The notes: a model not told the origin generated them from the letters alone. 32,000 bases of DNA from Candidatus Pacearchaeota archaeon (GCA_026016245.1 CP061211.1:360001-392000); one strand, 5' to 3'; shown: positions 17,207 to 24,330, numbered from the stretch's first letter. Program-made: numbers and translations.

Positions 17207-17764
17207 ATGAAATATAGATGGTTTTACACTTCAAGAAACAAGTTAGTATTGGCAGGAAAAAATGCTCAGCAAAATGAACAATTAGTTAAAAAAGCAGAGA
17301 AAAAAGCTATCATCCTGCATACTAAAGCTCCTGGAAGCCCTTTTTGCATACTAAAGGGAAAGATTACTGCGCAGGATATCAGAGAAGCTGCTATTTTTTG
17401 TGCTTGTTTTAGCCAGGGATGGAAAAAGAAGAAGAAAGAGATGGAGGTTCATGTTTTCAAAGGAGAGCAGATTTTGAAAGAGAAAAGACAGAAAGCTGGA
17501 ACTTTTAGTGTTCTCGGCAGAGTTCAGAAAGCAAGAATAAAATTACAGCTCGGAATTAAAATTCAAAAAAAGAAAATTAGGGCAGTTCCTATAATCCAAA
17601 AAACCAGATATTTAATTTTTCTTAGACCTGGAAAAATTCCTAAAGAAAAAACTGCTGGAAAAATAAAAGAAATTTTAGAAAAGAAAAGATATAAATTCAC
17701 TAGGGAAGAAATTTTACAGGCAATTCCATCAGGAGGTTTTTTAATAAAAGAAATTAAAAAATGA
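17207..17764 (+). CDS. Stand-alone NFACT-R / DUF814 domain protein
   Basis: 185 aa. YTSRNKLVLAGKNAQQNEQLVKK...ILHTKAPGSPFCILKG matches the DUF814 pattern (G.n..eNe.L......d...Ha....gS.hvil). Basic C-terminal half. Confidence 0.7.
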   Translation: MKYRWFYTSRNKLVLAGKNAQQNEQLVKKAEKKAIILHTKAPGSPFCILKGKITAQDIREAAIFCACFSQGWKKKKKEMEVHVFKGEQILKEKRQKAGTFSVLGRVQKARIKLQLGIKIQKKKIRAVPIIQKTRYLIFLRPGKIPKEKTAGKIKEILEKKRYKFTREEILQAIPSGGFLIKEIKK

Positions 17765-18012
17765 TCATTTCTTTTCAAATAGGAAAACAAGGCCTGACAA
17801 AGAATTTTCTTGATAATCTTGAAAAAACATTTAAAAAGCACGATTTAATTAAAGTATCTGTATTAAAGACAGCAACACGAGACAAGAAAGAATTAAAGAA
17901 AATAGCTCAAGAGATATGTTCTGAGCTTAAAAAGAGAAAAAATAAAGATTTTACAGCCAAAATTGTTGGCTTTACTATGTTCATAAAAAAATGGCGAAAA
18001 TTAAGAAAATAA
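17761..18012 (+). CDS. YhbY-like CRM/CRS1 RNA-binding protein
   Basis: 83 aa. FQIGKQGLTKNFLDNLEKTFKKHDLIKVSVL is the CRM-domain signature. ATGA overlap with the upstream gene. Confidence 0.8.
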   Translation: MIISFQIGKQGLTKNFLDNLEKTFKKHDLIKVSVLKTATRDKKELKKIAQEICSELKKRKNKDFTAKIVGFTMFIKKWRKLRK

Positions 18013-18428
18013 CCCTAAGGGAAATCCCAGCAGAAGTGTTTATAGAAGCACTAGCCACAAGATTCAAGGCAATGGATGAATTCAAGATGCCTGATTGGGC
18101 CACTTTTGTTAAGACAGGGATGGCAAAAATGAGGCCACCTGAAAGAGATGACTGGTGGTATATAAGAGCAGCTAGCATTCTTAGGGCAGTATATCTTTCT
18201 GGTGTAGTAGGTGTATCAAGATTAAGGGTAAAATATGGTTCAAGAAAAGAAAGAGGAGCAAGACCTAAAAAATTTTATAATGCAAGTGGAAAAATTATTA
18301 GAACAATACTCCAACAGGGAACAAAAGCCGGATTTATAGAGCATATAAAAGAAAAAAGAACTGGAAGAAAACTAACAAAAAAAGGCAAAGAATTTCTTGA
18401 AGCTCTCGCAGCAGAATTAAAAAAATAA
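17991..18428 (+). CDS. rps19e: 30S ribosomal protein eS19
   Basis: 145 aa. MPDWATFVKTGMAKMRPPERDDWWYIRAASILRAVYL...GVSRLRVKYG are conserved eS19 blocks. Overlaps the yhbY-like gene by 22 nt. Confidence 0.9.
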   Translation: MAKIKKITLREIPAEVFIEALATRFKAMDEFKMPDWATFVKTGMAKMRPPERDDWWYIRAASILRAVYLSGVVGVSRLRVKYGSRKERGARPKKFYNASGKIIRTILQQGTKAGFIEHIKEKRTGRKLTKKGKEFLEALAAELKK

Positions 18429-18438
18429 AAATCAAAAA

Positions 18439-18669
18439 ATGGCAAAAAATAAACCATTGTCAAAAAAATTAAGATTAGGAAAGCAGAAAAAACGTACGAG
18501 ATGGACTCCTTTCTGGGTTATTCCTAAAGCTCTTGGCAAAGGTAAAAGAGTTCATCCTTCAAGACTAACAAGAGTAAAACGTTCATGGAGAAGAACCAAG
18601 ATAAAAAGAAGTATCAAAAGACGAGAGAAAAGGAAAATAAAACCTGGAAAAATAAAGAGAAAGTTCTAA
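18439..18669 (+). CDS. rpl39e: 50S ribosomal protein eL39 with basic C-terminal extension
   Basis: NKPLSKKLRLGKQKKRTRWTPFWVIPKA...HPSRLTRVKRSWRRTKIK matches the eL39 core. About 20 extra K/R-rich residues follow (RSIKRREKRKIKPGKIKRKF). Confidence 0.85.
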   Translation: MAKNKPLSKKLRLGKQKKRTRWTPFWVIPKALGKGKRVHPSRLTRVKRSWRRTKIKRSIKRREKRKIKPGKIKRKF

Positions 18670-18670
18670 A

Positions 18671-19246
18671 ATGGCAAAAGCAAAAAAGGAAGAGAAGAAG
18701 GAAGAAAAAATTTATACTATTCCATTAAAAAAAGAATGGTTAAAAACTCCAAGACATAAAAGAGCTAAAAAAGCTATGAAAGCAATAAAAGAATTCATGG
18801 TGAGACATATGAAAGTTCCTGATCGAGATATAAATAAAGTTAAGATTGATAGGTGGATAAATGAGGCTGTATGGTTGCGTGGAATAAAAAAGCCTCCTCA
18901 AAAAATCATTGTTAAAGCTATAAAAGATTCTGAAGGGAATGTTAAGGTAGAATTTCAAGGATTACCCCCTGGATTTAAGGTTGAGGAAGAAAAGCTAAAG
19001 AAGAAAATAGAAAAGACAAGGACTAGAGAAAAGAAAAAAGAGGAAGAGAAGAAAAAGAAGAAGGAAGTTAAAAAGAAAAAGGAACCTGAAGAGAAGACTG
19101 AGGAAGAAAAAAAAGAGGAAGAGGAAAGAAAGGAAAAAGAGAAGGCACTACATAAAGAAATATCAACAATGAAGAAAAAACCAAAATTTATTGAAAAACC
19201 AAAACAACCTCAACCAGTTATACAAAGAAAAGCTCTTGAAAAATAA
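18671..19246 (+). CDS. rpl31e: 50S ribosomal protein eL31 with long K/E-rich C-terminal extension
   Basis: The core IYTIPLKKEWLKTPRHKRAKKAMKAIKEFMVRHMKV...VKIDRWINEAVWLRGIKKPPQKIIVKA is eL31. Residues ~97-191 are an added K/E-rich tail. Confidence 0.85.
   Translation: MAKAKKEEKKEEKIYTIPLKKEWLKTPRHKRAKKAMKAIKEFMVRHMKVPDRDINKVKIDRWINEAVWLRGIKKPPQKIIVKAIKDSEGNVKVEFQGLPPGFKVEEEKLKKKIEKTRTREKKKEEEKKKKKEVKKKKEPEEKTEEEKKEEEERKEKEKALHKEISTMKKKPKFIEKPKQPQPVIQRKALEK
18977..19150 (+). repeat. Low-complexity polypurine tract (encodes the K/E tail of eL31)
   Basis: About 170 nt almost entirely A/G on the + strand (gaggaagaaaagctaaagaagaaaatagaaaag...gaggaaagaaaggaaaaagagaagg). Confidence 0.8.
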
Positions 19247-19254
19247 CTAATAAA

Positions 19255-19635
19255 TTAGATTTCTCCATGATCTTTTTTAAGAATTTCTACTAGCCTATCT
19301 TTTTTATTGTATAAACTTTTGACTATATCAGTTTTGCTGGGTCCCCCCTTCGTATGAATATATGGTATTGGATATTTTTTTAGCGCTTTGTGAATATAAT
19401 AACCAAATGTATTTTTTTTGTCAGGCACCCCTATAACAATCTTAGATTTTTTAACATACTTACAGATTTTGTGTCCTTTACTATCTTGGGGAGCATGATA
19501 CACTTTTTTAAACCCAAGAACTGGCCCTAAACCTTCATAAGTATCTCTAGCTGTCCTGCCTAGAATCAAAGTGATATCAATCTCATATGTTTCAAAGATT
19601 TGTTTTAAAATTATTGTTTCTATAGTTTCTTGCAT
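19255..19635 (-). CDS. Hypothetical protein
   Basis: 126-aa ORF with an ATG start, filling the gap between rpl31e and cbf5. No motif recognised. Confidence 0.45.
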   Translation of the reverse strand: MQETIETIILKQIFETYEIDITLILGRTARDTYEGLGPVLGFKKVYHAPQDSKGHKICKYVKKSKIVIGVPDKKNTFGYYIHKALKKYPIPYIHTKGGPSKTDIVKSLYNKKDRLVEILKKDHGEI

Positions 19636-19663
19636 TTTCCCTTAGCCTCAAAATAACATACAT

Positions 19664-19679
19664 AAAGTATTTAAAAAAA
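19664..19679 (+). promoter_or_regulatory. BRE/TATA-like element for cbf5
   Basis: aaagtatttaaaaaaa. The TTTAAA centre lies about 25 nt from the ATG at 19698. Confidence 0.45.
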
Positions 19680-19697
19680 TTTTTCCATATCATTATC

Positions 19698-20495
19698 ATG
19701 GAAAAAGTCATGATTATTCTAGACAAGCCAGCAGGTAAAACATCATTCCAAGTATGTGATGCTGTAAGAAAAAAACTCAAAGCAAGAAAGGCAGGCCATG
19801 CTGGTACTCTAGATCCTAATGTAACTGGTATCTTGCTCATAGCTTTAAATCGCGCAACAAAATTAATGCCTTTATTAGAAAGATTAAATAAAGAGTATGA
19901 AGGAAGAGCACATCTTCATAAAGACACCACAATAAAAAAAATAAAATCAACGATCAAAAAGAAATTTCTTGGAAAAATTAAACAACTGCCGCCAAGAAAA
20001 TCAAGAGTAAAGAGGCAAGAAAGGGAAAGGACAATCTATGAATTTAAAATCACGAAAAAGAAGGATAGAAATTTCAATTTCAAAGTTAAATGTGAGGCTG
20101 GAACATATATAAGAAAGTTAATTCATGATCTCGGTCAAGAGCTAAAGGTTGGAGCTCAGATGACACAACTCAGAAGAATAAGACAAGGTCCTTTTTCAAT
20201 AAGACAAGCAACAAAAATTGAAAAATTAACCAAGAAAAATATAATCCCTGCAGAAAAACTAATTTCAAAAGTTTCAGCAATAATTTCCATAACAAAGAAT
20301 GCTAAAGAAAAATTAAGACAAGGAAAATTTCTAGAAGCAAAAGATATTAAGAGAATTAAGGGAAAATTTGAGAAAGAGAAAGTGGTGGCTGCTTTTTCTG
20401 GTAAAGATGTTATTGCTCTTGTAAAACCTTTTTTCAATTCTAGTAAAATTAGAAAACAAAAAGATAAGGTATTAAAGCCAAAAAGAATTATTTGA
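19698..20495 (+). CDS. cbf5: tRNA/rRNA pseudouridine synthase, Cbf5/TruB family (short form)
   Basis: ILDKPAGKTSFQV...KAGHAGTLDPNVTGILLIAL contains the catalytic Asp. The KVTG-like spacing and the QLPPRKSRVKRQERERTIY block resemble archaeal Cbf5. The C-terminal PUA-like region is short. 265 aa. Confidence 0.8.
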   Translation: MEKVMIILDKPAGKTSFQVCDAVRKKLKARKAGHAGTLDPNVTGILLIALNRATKLMPLLERLNKEYEGRAHLHKDTTIKKIKSTIKKKFLGKIKQLPPRKSRVKRQERERTIYEFKITKKKDRNFNFKVKCEAGTYIRKLIHDLGQELKVGAQMTQLRRIRQGPFSIRQATKIEKLTKKNIIPAEKLISKVSAIISITKNAKEKLRQGKFLEAKDIKRIKGKFEKEKVVAAFSGKDVIALVKPFFNSSKIRKQKDKVLKPKRII

Positions 20496-21045
20496 ATTCT
20501 ATTGAGTTTATATTATGGGGCGCTTTTTCAAATGTGCTATATTTATCTAAAGCCTCATTATGAACTTTTCCTTTAACATCAATTCTTCTGTATCCAAAAA
20601 AGAAATCTGCTTTTATTTCTTTTTTATTCTTAAGATTAATTTTTAAACTATCCATTATCCAGTATTTCATTTTATTCCAAAAAAAAGTCATTTCATCTAT
20701 ATCTTTAAATGAAATAATGTAAGGTGCTCCATCGATTTTAGCTTTTATGCTTTTAAAATTAAGAAATCTCCCACTAGTGCCCTTACTTTGGGGATAAGGG
20801 TTAAAATATTCAAATGTTAAATCATTAACAAAAATTGATTTTCCATTAGTAGTTATTACTGTAGCATCAAAGTCTCTTACTCCTTCGTAGACTTCTTCAT
20901 AATATTTATTTGGATATTCTTCTCTTATTAACTTAAATTCTCGTCCATCTTCTATTTTATATGTTTCCTGGGCATTTACAATAGAAGCAAGCCCAAAAAA
21001 GAGTACTGGTAATAAATTTCTAATATTCATATTTTTTATACTCAT
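20488..21045 (-). CDS. Secreted hypothetical protein
   Basis: Signal peptide MNIRNLLPVLFFGLASIVNAQ. The second ATG at 21030 is favoured by promoter spacing. No family recognised. Confidence 0.55.
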   Translation of the reverse strand: MSIKNMNIRNLLPVLFFGLASIVNAQETYKIEDGREFKLIREEYPNKYYEEVYEGVRDFDATVITTNGKSIFVNDLTFEYFNPYPQSKGTSGRFLNFKSIKAKIDGAPYIISFKDIDEMTFFWNKMKYWIMDSLKINLKNKKEIKADFFFGYRRIDVKGKVHNEALDKYSTFEKAPHNINSIEFK

Positions 21046-21046
21046 T

Positions 21047-21063
21047 AAAAGTTTTTAAAGTTT
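21047..21063. promoter_or_regulatory. Shared central TATA box of a divergent gene pair
   Basis: aaaagtttttaaagttt. The TTTAAA core at 21054-21059 lies 24-27 nt from both the minus ATG at 21030 and the plus ATG at 21081. Confidence 0.45.
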
Positions 21064-21080
21064 ACTTTCTTGACTTAAAA

Positions 21081-21653
21081 ATGAGGGAGTTTATTTATTT
21101 TTCAAAAAAAGCTCGAACAAGCGGAGCATTTAAGGAATTGATGTCTGCTGGAAGATTAGATATAGCGTGCCATGTTATTATTATGACCTTCTTTGTTTCA
21201 AATGCTATAAGAAAGAATGTTAAACTGCATTTATTTTTTTATGGCCCTCCTGATCCTCCAAAACATCTTGAGATAATGAATCCAGAAATAATAAGTAAGA
21301 AAGACATTAGTGGATTAATTAAAAGAATGTTGTATAAATACAAGAAAAACAAGAAGAATGAGGCATTACCTGGGTGCTGGATTGAAAAGAAATCTTTCCA
21401 AGGTTTTGTAGAAGAGTTAAGTGAGCAAGATAGAAATATTTATCTGCTTGATCCAAAAGGTGAGGACATAAGAAAAGTTGAGATAGATAAAAATTCTGTT
21501 TTTATCTTTGGTGATCATGAAGGAATACCAAAACAAGAATTAAGAAGGATAAAGAATAAAGTTAAAAAAATATCTATAGGAAATATTGCATATTTTTCAA
21601 GCCAGGTTATTGCCATAGTTCAGAACGAGCTTGACAGAAGAGGAATTGATTAA
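21081..21653 (+). CDS. trmY: tRNA (pseudouridine54-N1)-methyltransferase TrmY (SPOUT, DUF358)
   Basis: MREFIYFSKKARTSG...GRLDIACHVIIMTFFVSNAIRKNV...YGPPDPPK...NIYLLDPKGEDI...FIFGDHEGI...VIAIVQNELD parallels the Methanocaldococcus TrmY sequence block by block. Confidence 0.8.
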   Translation: MREFIYFSKKARTSGAFKELMSAGRLDIACHVIIMTFFVSNAIRKNVKLHLFFYGPPDPPKHLEIMNPEIISKKDISGLIKRMLYKYKKNKKNEALPGCWIEKKSFQGFVEELSEQDRNIYLLDPKGEDIRKVEIDKNSVFIFGDHEGIPKQELRRIKNKVKKISIGNIAYFSSQVIAIVQNELDRRGID

Positions 21654-21665
21654 ATATTTAAATGA
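21652..21665 (+). promoter_or_regulatory. BRE/TATA-like element for lysS
   Basis: aaatatttaaatga. The TTTAAA centre lies about 24 nt from the ATG at 21684. Confidence 0.45.
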
Positions 21666-21683
21666 TTTTTTCTTATTCAAATT

Positions 21684-23156
21684 ATGGGTCGTGAAGAGCA
21701 GATAATAAAAGAGCGTGAAAGAAAACTTGGTGAATTGAGAGAAAAGGGGATTAATCCTTATAGACATAAATATAATGTTAAGAATTATGCTTCTCAGATT
21801 TTGAAAAAATATTCCAAGCTAAAGCCAGGACAGAAAACAAAAGATAAGGTTAGTGTTGCTGGTCGTGTCTTGTCAGTAAGAATACATGGCAAGATAAATT
21901 TTGCCCACTTACTGGATTCAACTGGCAAGATTCAGATAGGTTTGGAAGAAAGTACATCTGGAAAAGAGCTTAATAATTTTTTCAAGAAATATATTGATTT
22001 TGGTGATATTATTGGTTGTGAGGGGATAGTTTTCAAAACAACCAGAGGAGAAGTGACAGTACTTGTAACAAAACTTGACTTGCTTACAAAATCTTTGATG
22101 CCTCTTCCTGAGAAATGGCATGGTTTGAAAGACAAGGAGGAAAGATACAGAAAAAGATATCTTGATCTTATAATGAATCCAAAAGTCAAGGAAGTTTTTC
22201 TGAAAAGAAGTAGGATTATCAAAGCAATGAGGGAATTCCTTATCAAGAATGGTTTTATTGAAGTTGAAACCCCTATATTACAGCCAATTTATGGAGGAAC
22301 TAATGCAAGGCCTTTTGAAACAAGATTAGAGGCCTTAAAAATAAAGCTCTATTTGAGAATTAGTAATGAACTTTATCTAAAAAGACTATTAGTTGGGGGT
22401 TATGACAAGATTTTTGAATTCAGTCCTGATTTTAGAAATGAGGGTATTGACAAGTTACATAATCCAGAATTCTTGCAAATGGAAACAATGTGGACTTATG
22501 CTGACTATAAAGATAATATGAAATTCTGTGAGGATATGATTTCTTATATAACAAAAAAAGTTCTTGGAACCACAAAAATAAATTATCAAGGCAAGAAGAT
22601 TGATCTTGGAAAATGGCAGAGATTAAGTTTTCTTGAAGCCCTGAAGAAGCATACAGGAGAGGATTTTGATACAGATAACGAGAATAAAGCAAGGAAGCTA
22701 GCTTTAAAGATGAAGGTTGATGTTTCTGGATGTGAGAATTATGGAGAAATTCTGAATAGGGTTTTCGAAGAAAAAGTTGAACCTAACCTAATACAGCCAA
22801 CAATAATATATGATTATCCTGCTTCTATAAGTGGGCTTGCCAAAATAAAAGAAGATGATCCTAGATGGGCAGAAAGATTTGAGCCTTTTATTAATGGATG
22901 GGAAATGGGAAATAGTTATAGTGAAGGGAATGATCCTAAAAAGTTAGAAGAGTTTTGGAAAAAGGCTGAGGCTGCTTTCAGAAAAGGTAGGGTAGAGGAA
23001 CAGAGATTAGATACTGATTTTGTTAGAGCTTTAAAATACGGAATGCCTCCTGCAAGTGGATTAGGAATTGGTGTAGGCAGACTTATAATGCTGATAACAG
23101 ATTCACCAAGTATCAGAGATGTTATATTCTTCCCATTCATGAGACCTGAAAAGTAA
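21684..23156 (+). CDS. lysS: Lysine--tRNA ligase, class II
   Basis: 490 aa. OB-fold N-domain (VSVAGRVLSVRIHGKINFAHL), motif 2 FRNEGIDKLHNPEFLQMETMWTYADY and motif 3 GLGIGVGRLIMLITD. Confidence 0.95.
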   Translation: MGREEQIIKERERKLGELREKGINPYRHKYNVKNYASQILKKYSKLKPGQKTKDKVSVAGRVLSVRIHGKINFAHLLDSTGKIQIGLEESTSGKELNNFFKKYIDFGDIIGCEGIVFKTTRGEVTVLVTKLDLLTKSLMPLPEKWHGLKDKEERYRKRYLDLIMNPKVKEVFLKRSRIIKAMREFLIKNGFIEVETPILQPIYGGTNARPFETRLEALKIKLYLRISNELYLKRLLVGGYDKIFEFSPDFRNEGIDKLHNPEFLQMETMWTYADYKDNMKFCEDMISYITKKVLGTTKINYQGKKIDLGKWQRLSFLEALKKHTGEDFDTDNENKARKLALKMKVDVSGCENYGEILNRVFEEKVEPNLIQPTIIYDYPASISGLAKIKEDDPRWAERFEPFINGWEMGNSYSEGNDPKKLEEFWKKAEAAFRKGRVEEQRLDTDFVRALKYGMPPASGLGIGVGRLIMLITDSPSIRDVIFFPFMRPEK

Positions 23157-23206
23157 GGTTTATAAAATAAAGAAAATAAATACCGATATAAAAAGGAGGA
23201 AAAAAT

Positions 23207-23371
23207 ATGGCAGAAAAAAAGAAATATCAAGCAAGATGTATGAGATGCAAAAAACAAGTAGATGTCAAGGATCCAGAAGAAGTTGAAATAAAAAAAGGCA
23301 CATGGGCAGTCAAAGGCAAGTGTGTAGTTTGTGGAACCAAAGTTTATAGGATCATTGGAAAAAAGAAATAA
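23207..23371 (+). CDS. Small zinc-ribbon protein (DUF5679-like), below ORF-track size cutoff
   Basis: My translation: MAEKKKYQARCMRCKKQVDVKDPEEVEIKKGTWAVKGKCVVCGTKVYRIIGKKK. Two CxxC pairs. A strong SD (AAGGAGG, 23194-23200) lies 6 nt upstream of the ATG. Confidence 0.6.
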   Translation: MAEKKKYQARCMRCKKQVDVKDPEEVEIKKGTWAVKGKCVVCGTKVYRIIGKKK

Positions 23372-23392
23372 GATTTTTCTGAACTTGTAAGA

Positions 23393-23560
23393 ATGGTAGA
23401 AATCGTGATAAAATCAAAAATCAAGGAAGTTATAAAAGAATTGAGAGTTTCAGCTAACCTTGCAGAAACTCTTAACAAAAAAGTAGGGGAAATTTTAAAG
23501 AAAGCTGAGGAGAGAGCAAAAGCAAATCATAGAACTACAGTGATGCCCCAGGACCTCTAA
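23393..23560 (+). CDS. Small histone-fold-like protein (DUF1931-like), below ORF-track size cutoff
   Basis: My translation: MVEIVIKSKIKEVIKELRVSANLAETLNKKVGEILKKAEERAKANHRTTVMPQDL. The ending AEERAKANxRxTVMPxDL is the pattern I associate with DUF1931. Confidence 0.5.
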   Translation: MVEIVIKSKIKEVIKELRVSANLAETLNKKVGEILKKAEERAKANHRTTVMPQDL

Positions 23561-23867
23561 GTAAGTGGGGCATAATAAGAGCTTTTATTTCTTCTGTTAG
23601 CCTCATTCTATTGATACAGTACATTTTTATATCTTCTTGGCTTGTTTTTCTTATTGCTTCGTCATGAAAATATGAAGCATTATTTGCATACTGTAAACAG
23701 CTGACAAGGCTATCATAATTCTTCTCCATCATAGGTTTTGTGACAGTTCTTAAACATAAATCTCCTGTAGTAACTAACTTTTTTACTTCTGGTTCTTTTT
23801 CTAAAAGATTCATAAAATCTTTGTCATATTCAGATTCTATGGGTAAATCCTCTAATTCCATTTTCAA
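23535..23867 (-). CDS. Hypothetical protein
   Basis: The track start is a TTG. The ATG at 23861 (MELEDLPIESEYDK...) sits 22 nt from the shared TATA box. The 3' end overlaps the convergent small ORF by 26 nt. No family recognised. Confidence 0.4.
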   Translation of the reverse strand: MKMELEDLPIESEYDKDFMNLLEKEPEVKKLVTTGDLCLRTVTKPMMEKNYDSLVSCLQYANNASYFHDEAIRKTSQEDIKMYCINRMRLTEEIKALIMPHLLRGPGASL

Positions 23868-23874
23868 ATTATCT

Positions 23875-23893
23875 GAAAAACCTTTAAATATAT
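23875..23893. promoter_or_regulatory. Shared central TATA box of the divergent pair hjc / 23861 ORF
   Basis: gaaaaacctttaaatatat. The TTTAAA core at 23883-23888 lies 24-27 nt from the minus ATG at 23861 and the plus ATG at 23912. Confidence 0.45.
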
Positions 23894-23911
23894 TGTTGTA
23901 CTAAAAAGAAT

Positions 23912-24295
23912 ATGAATAAGAAAAGAGGAAGTGATGCTGAAAGAGAACTTTTGCATTTATTAAGTCAGCAAGGTTTTTCTGTTGCAAGAGTTGCTGGCAG
24001 TGGAATGATTTCTGAAACTAGCTGTGATTTATTTGCTGGAAATGGTAAGAAGAAGTATGCCATAGAAGTAAAAATTTCCTCAAGTCATAAAAAATATTTG
24101 AGAAAAGAACAAATATCAGAACTCATAAAATTTGCAAAGAATTTTGGTCTAAATCCTGTTGTTGCAATCAAATTTTTGAGAAAAGGTTGGTGGTTCATAA
24201 CGCCAAATAAGATAGACAAGACAGAGAAAGGCCTAGTAATCTCATTTGATGATATAAAGAAACAAGGAAAGAGTTTTGATAAATTTGTTAAATAA
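23912..24295 (+). CDS. hjc: Holliday junction resolvase Hjc
   Basis: 127 aa. KRGSDAERELLHLLSQQGFSVARVAGSG...DLFAGNGKKKYAIEVK...PVVAIKFLRKGWWF parallels Pyrococcus Hjc, including the catalytic E..D..EVK residues. Confidence 0.9.
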   Translation: MNKKRGSDAERELLHLLSQQGFSVARVAGSGMISETSCDLFAGNGKKKYAIEVKISSSHKKYLRKEQISELIKFAKNFGLNPVVAIKFLRKGWWFITPNKIDKTEKGLVISFDDIKKQGKSFDKFVK

Positions 24296-24296
24296 T

Positions 24297-24310
24297 AAGG
24301 TTTTAAAATA
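24297..24310 (+). promoter_or_regulatory. TATA-like element for tRNA-Trp
   Basis: aaggttttaaaata. The TTTAAA centre lies about 26 nt upstream of the mature tRNA 5' end at 24331. Confidence 0.45.
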
Positions 24311-24330
24311 ACTTATTCTTGAGCATACTA

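Noticed and set aside
22916-23257. 113-aa minus-strand ORF overlapping the lysS 3' end and the Zn-ribbon ORF
   Set aside because: It is antisense to the conserved LysRS motif 3 region and to an SD-preceded small gene. No motif is recognisable.
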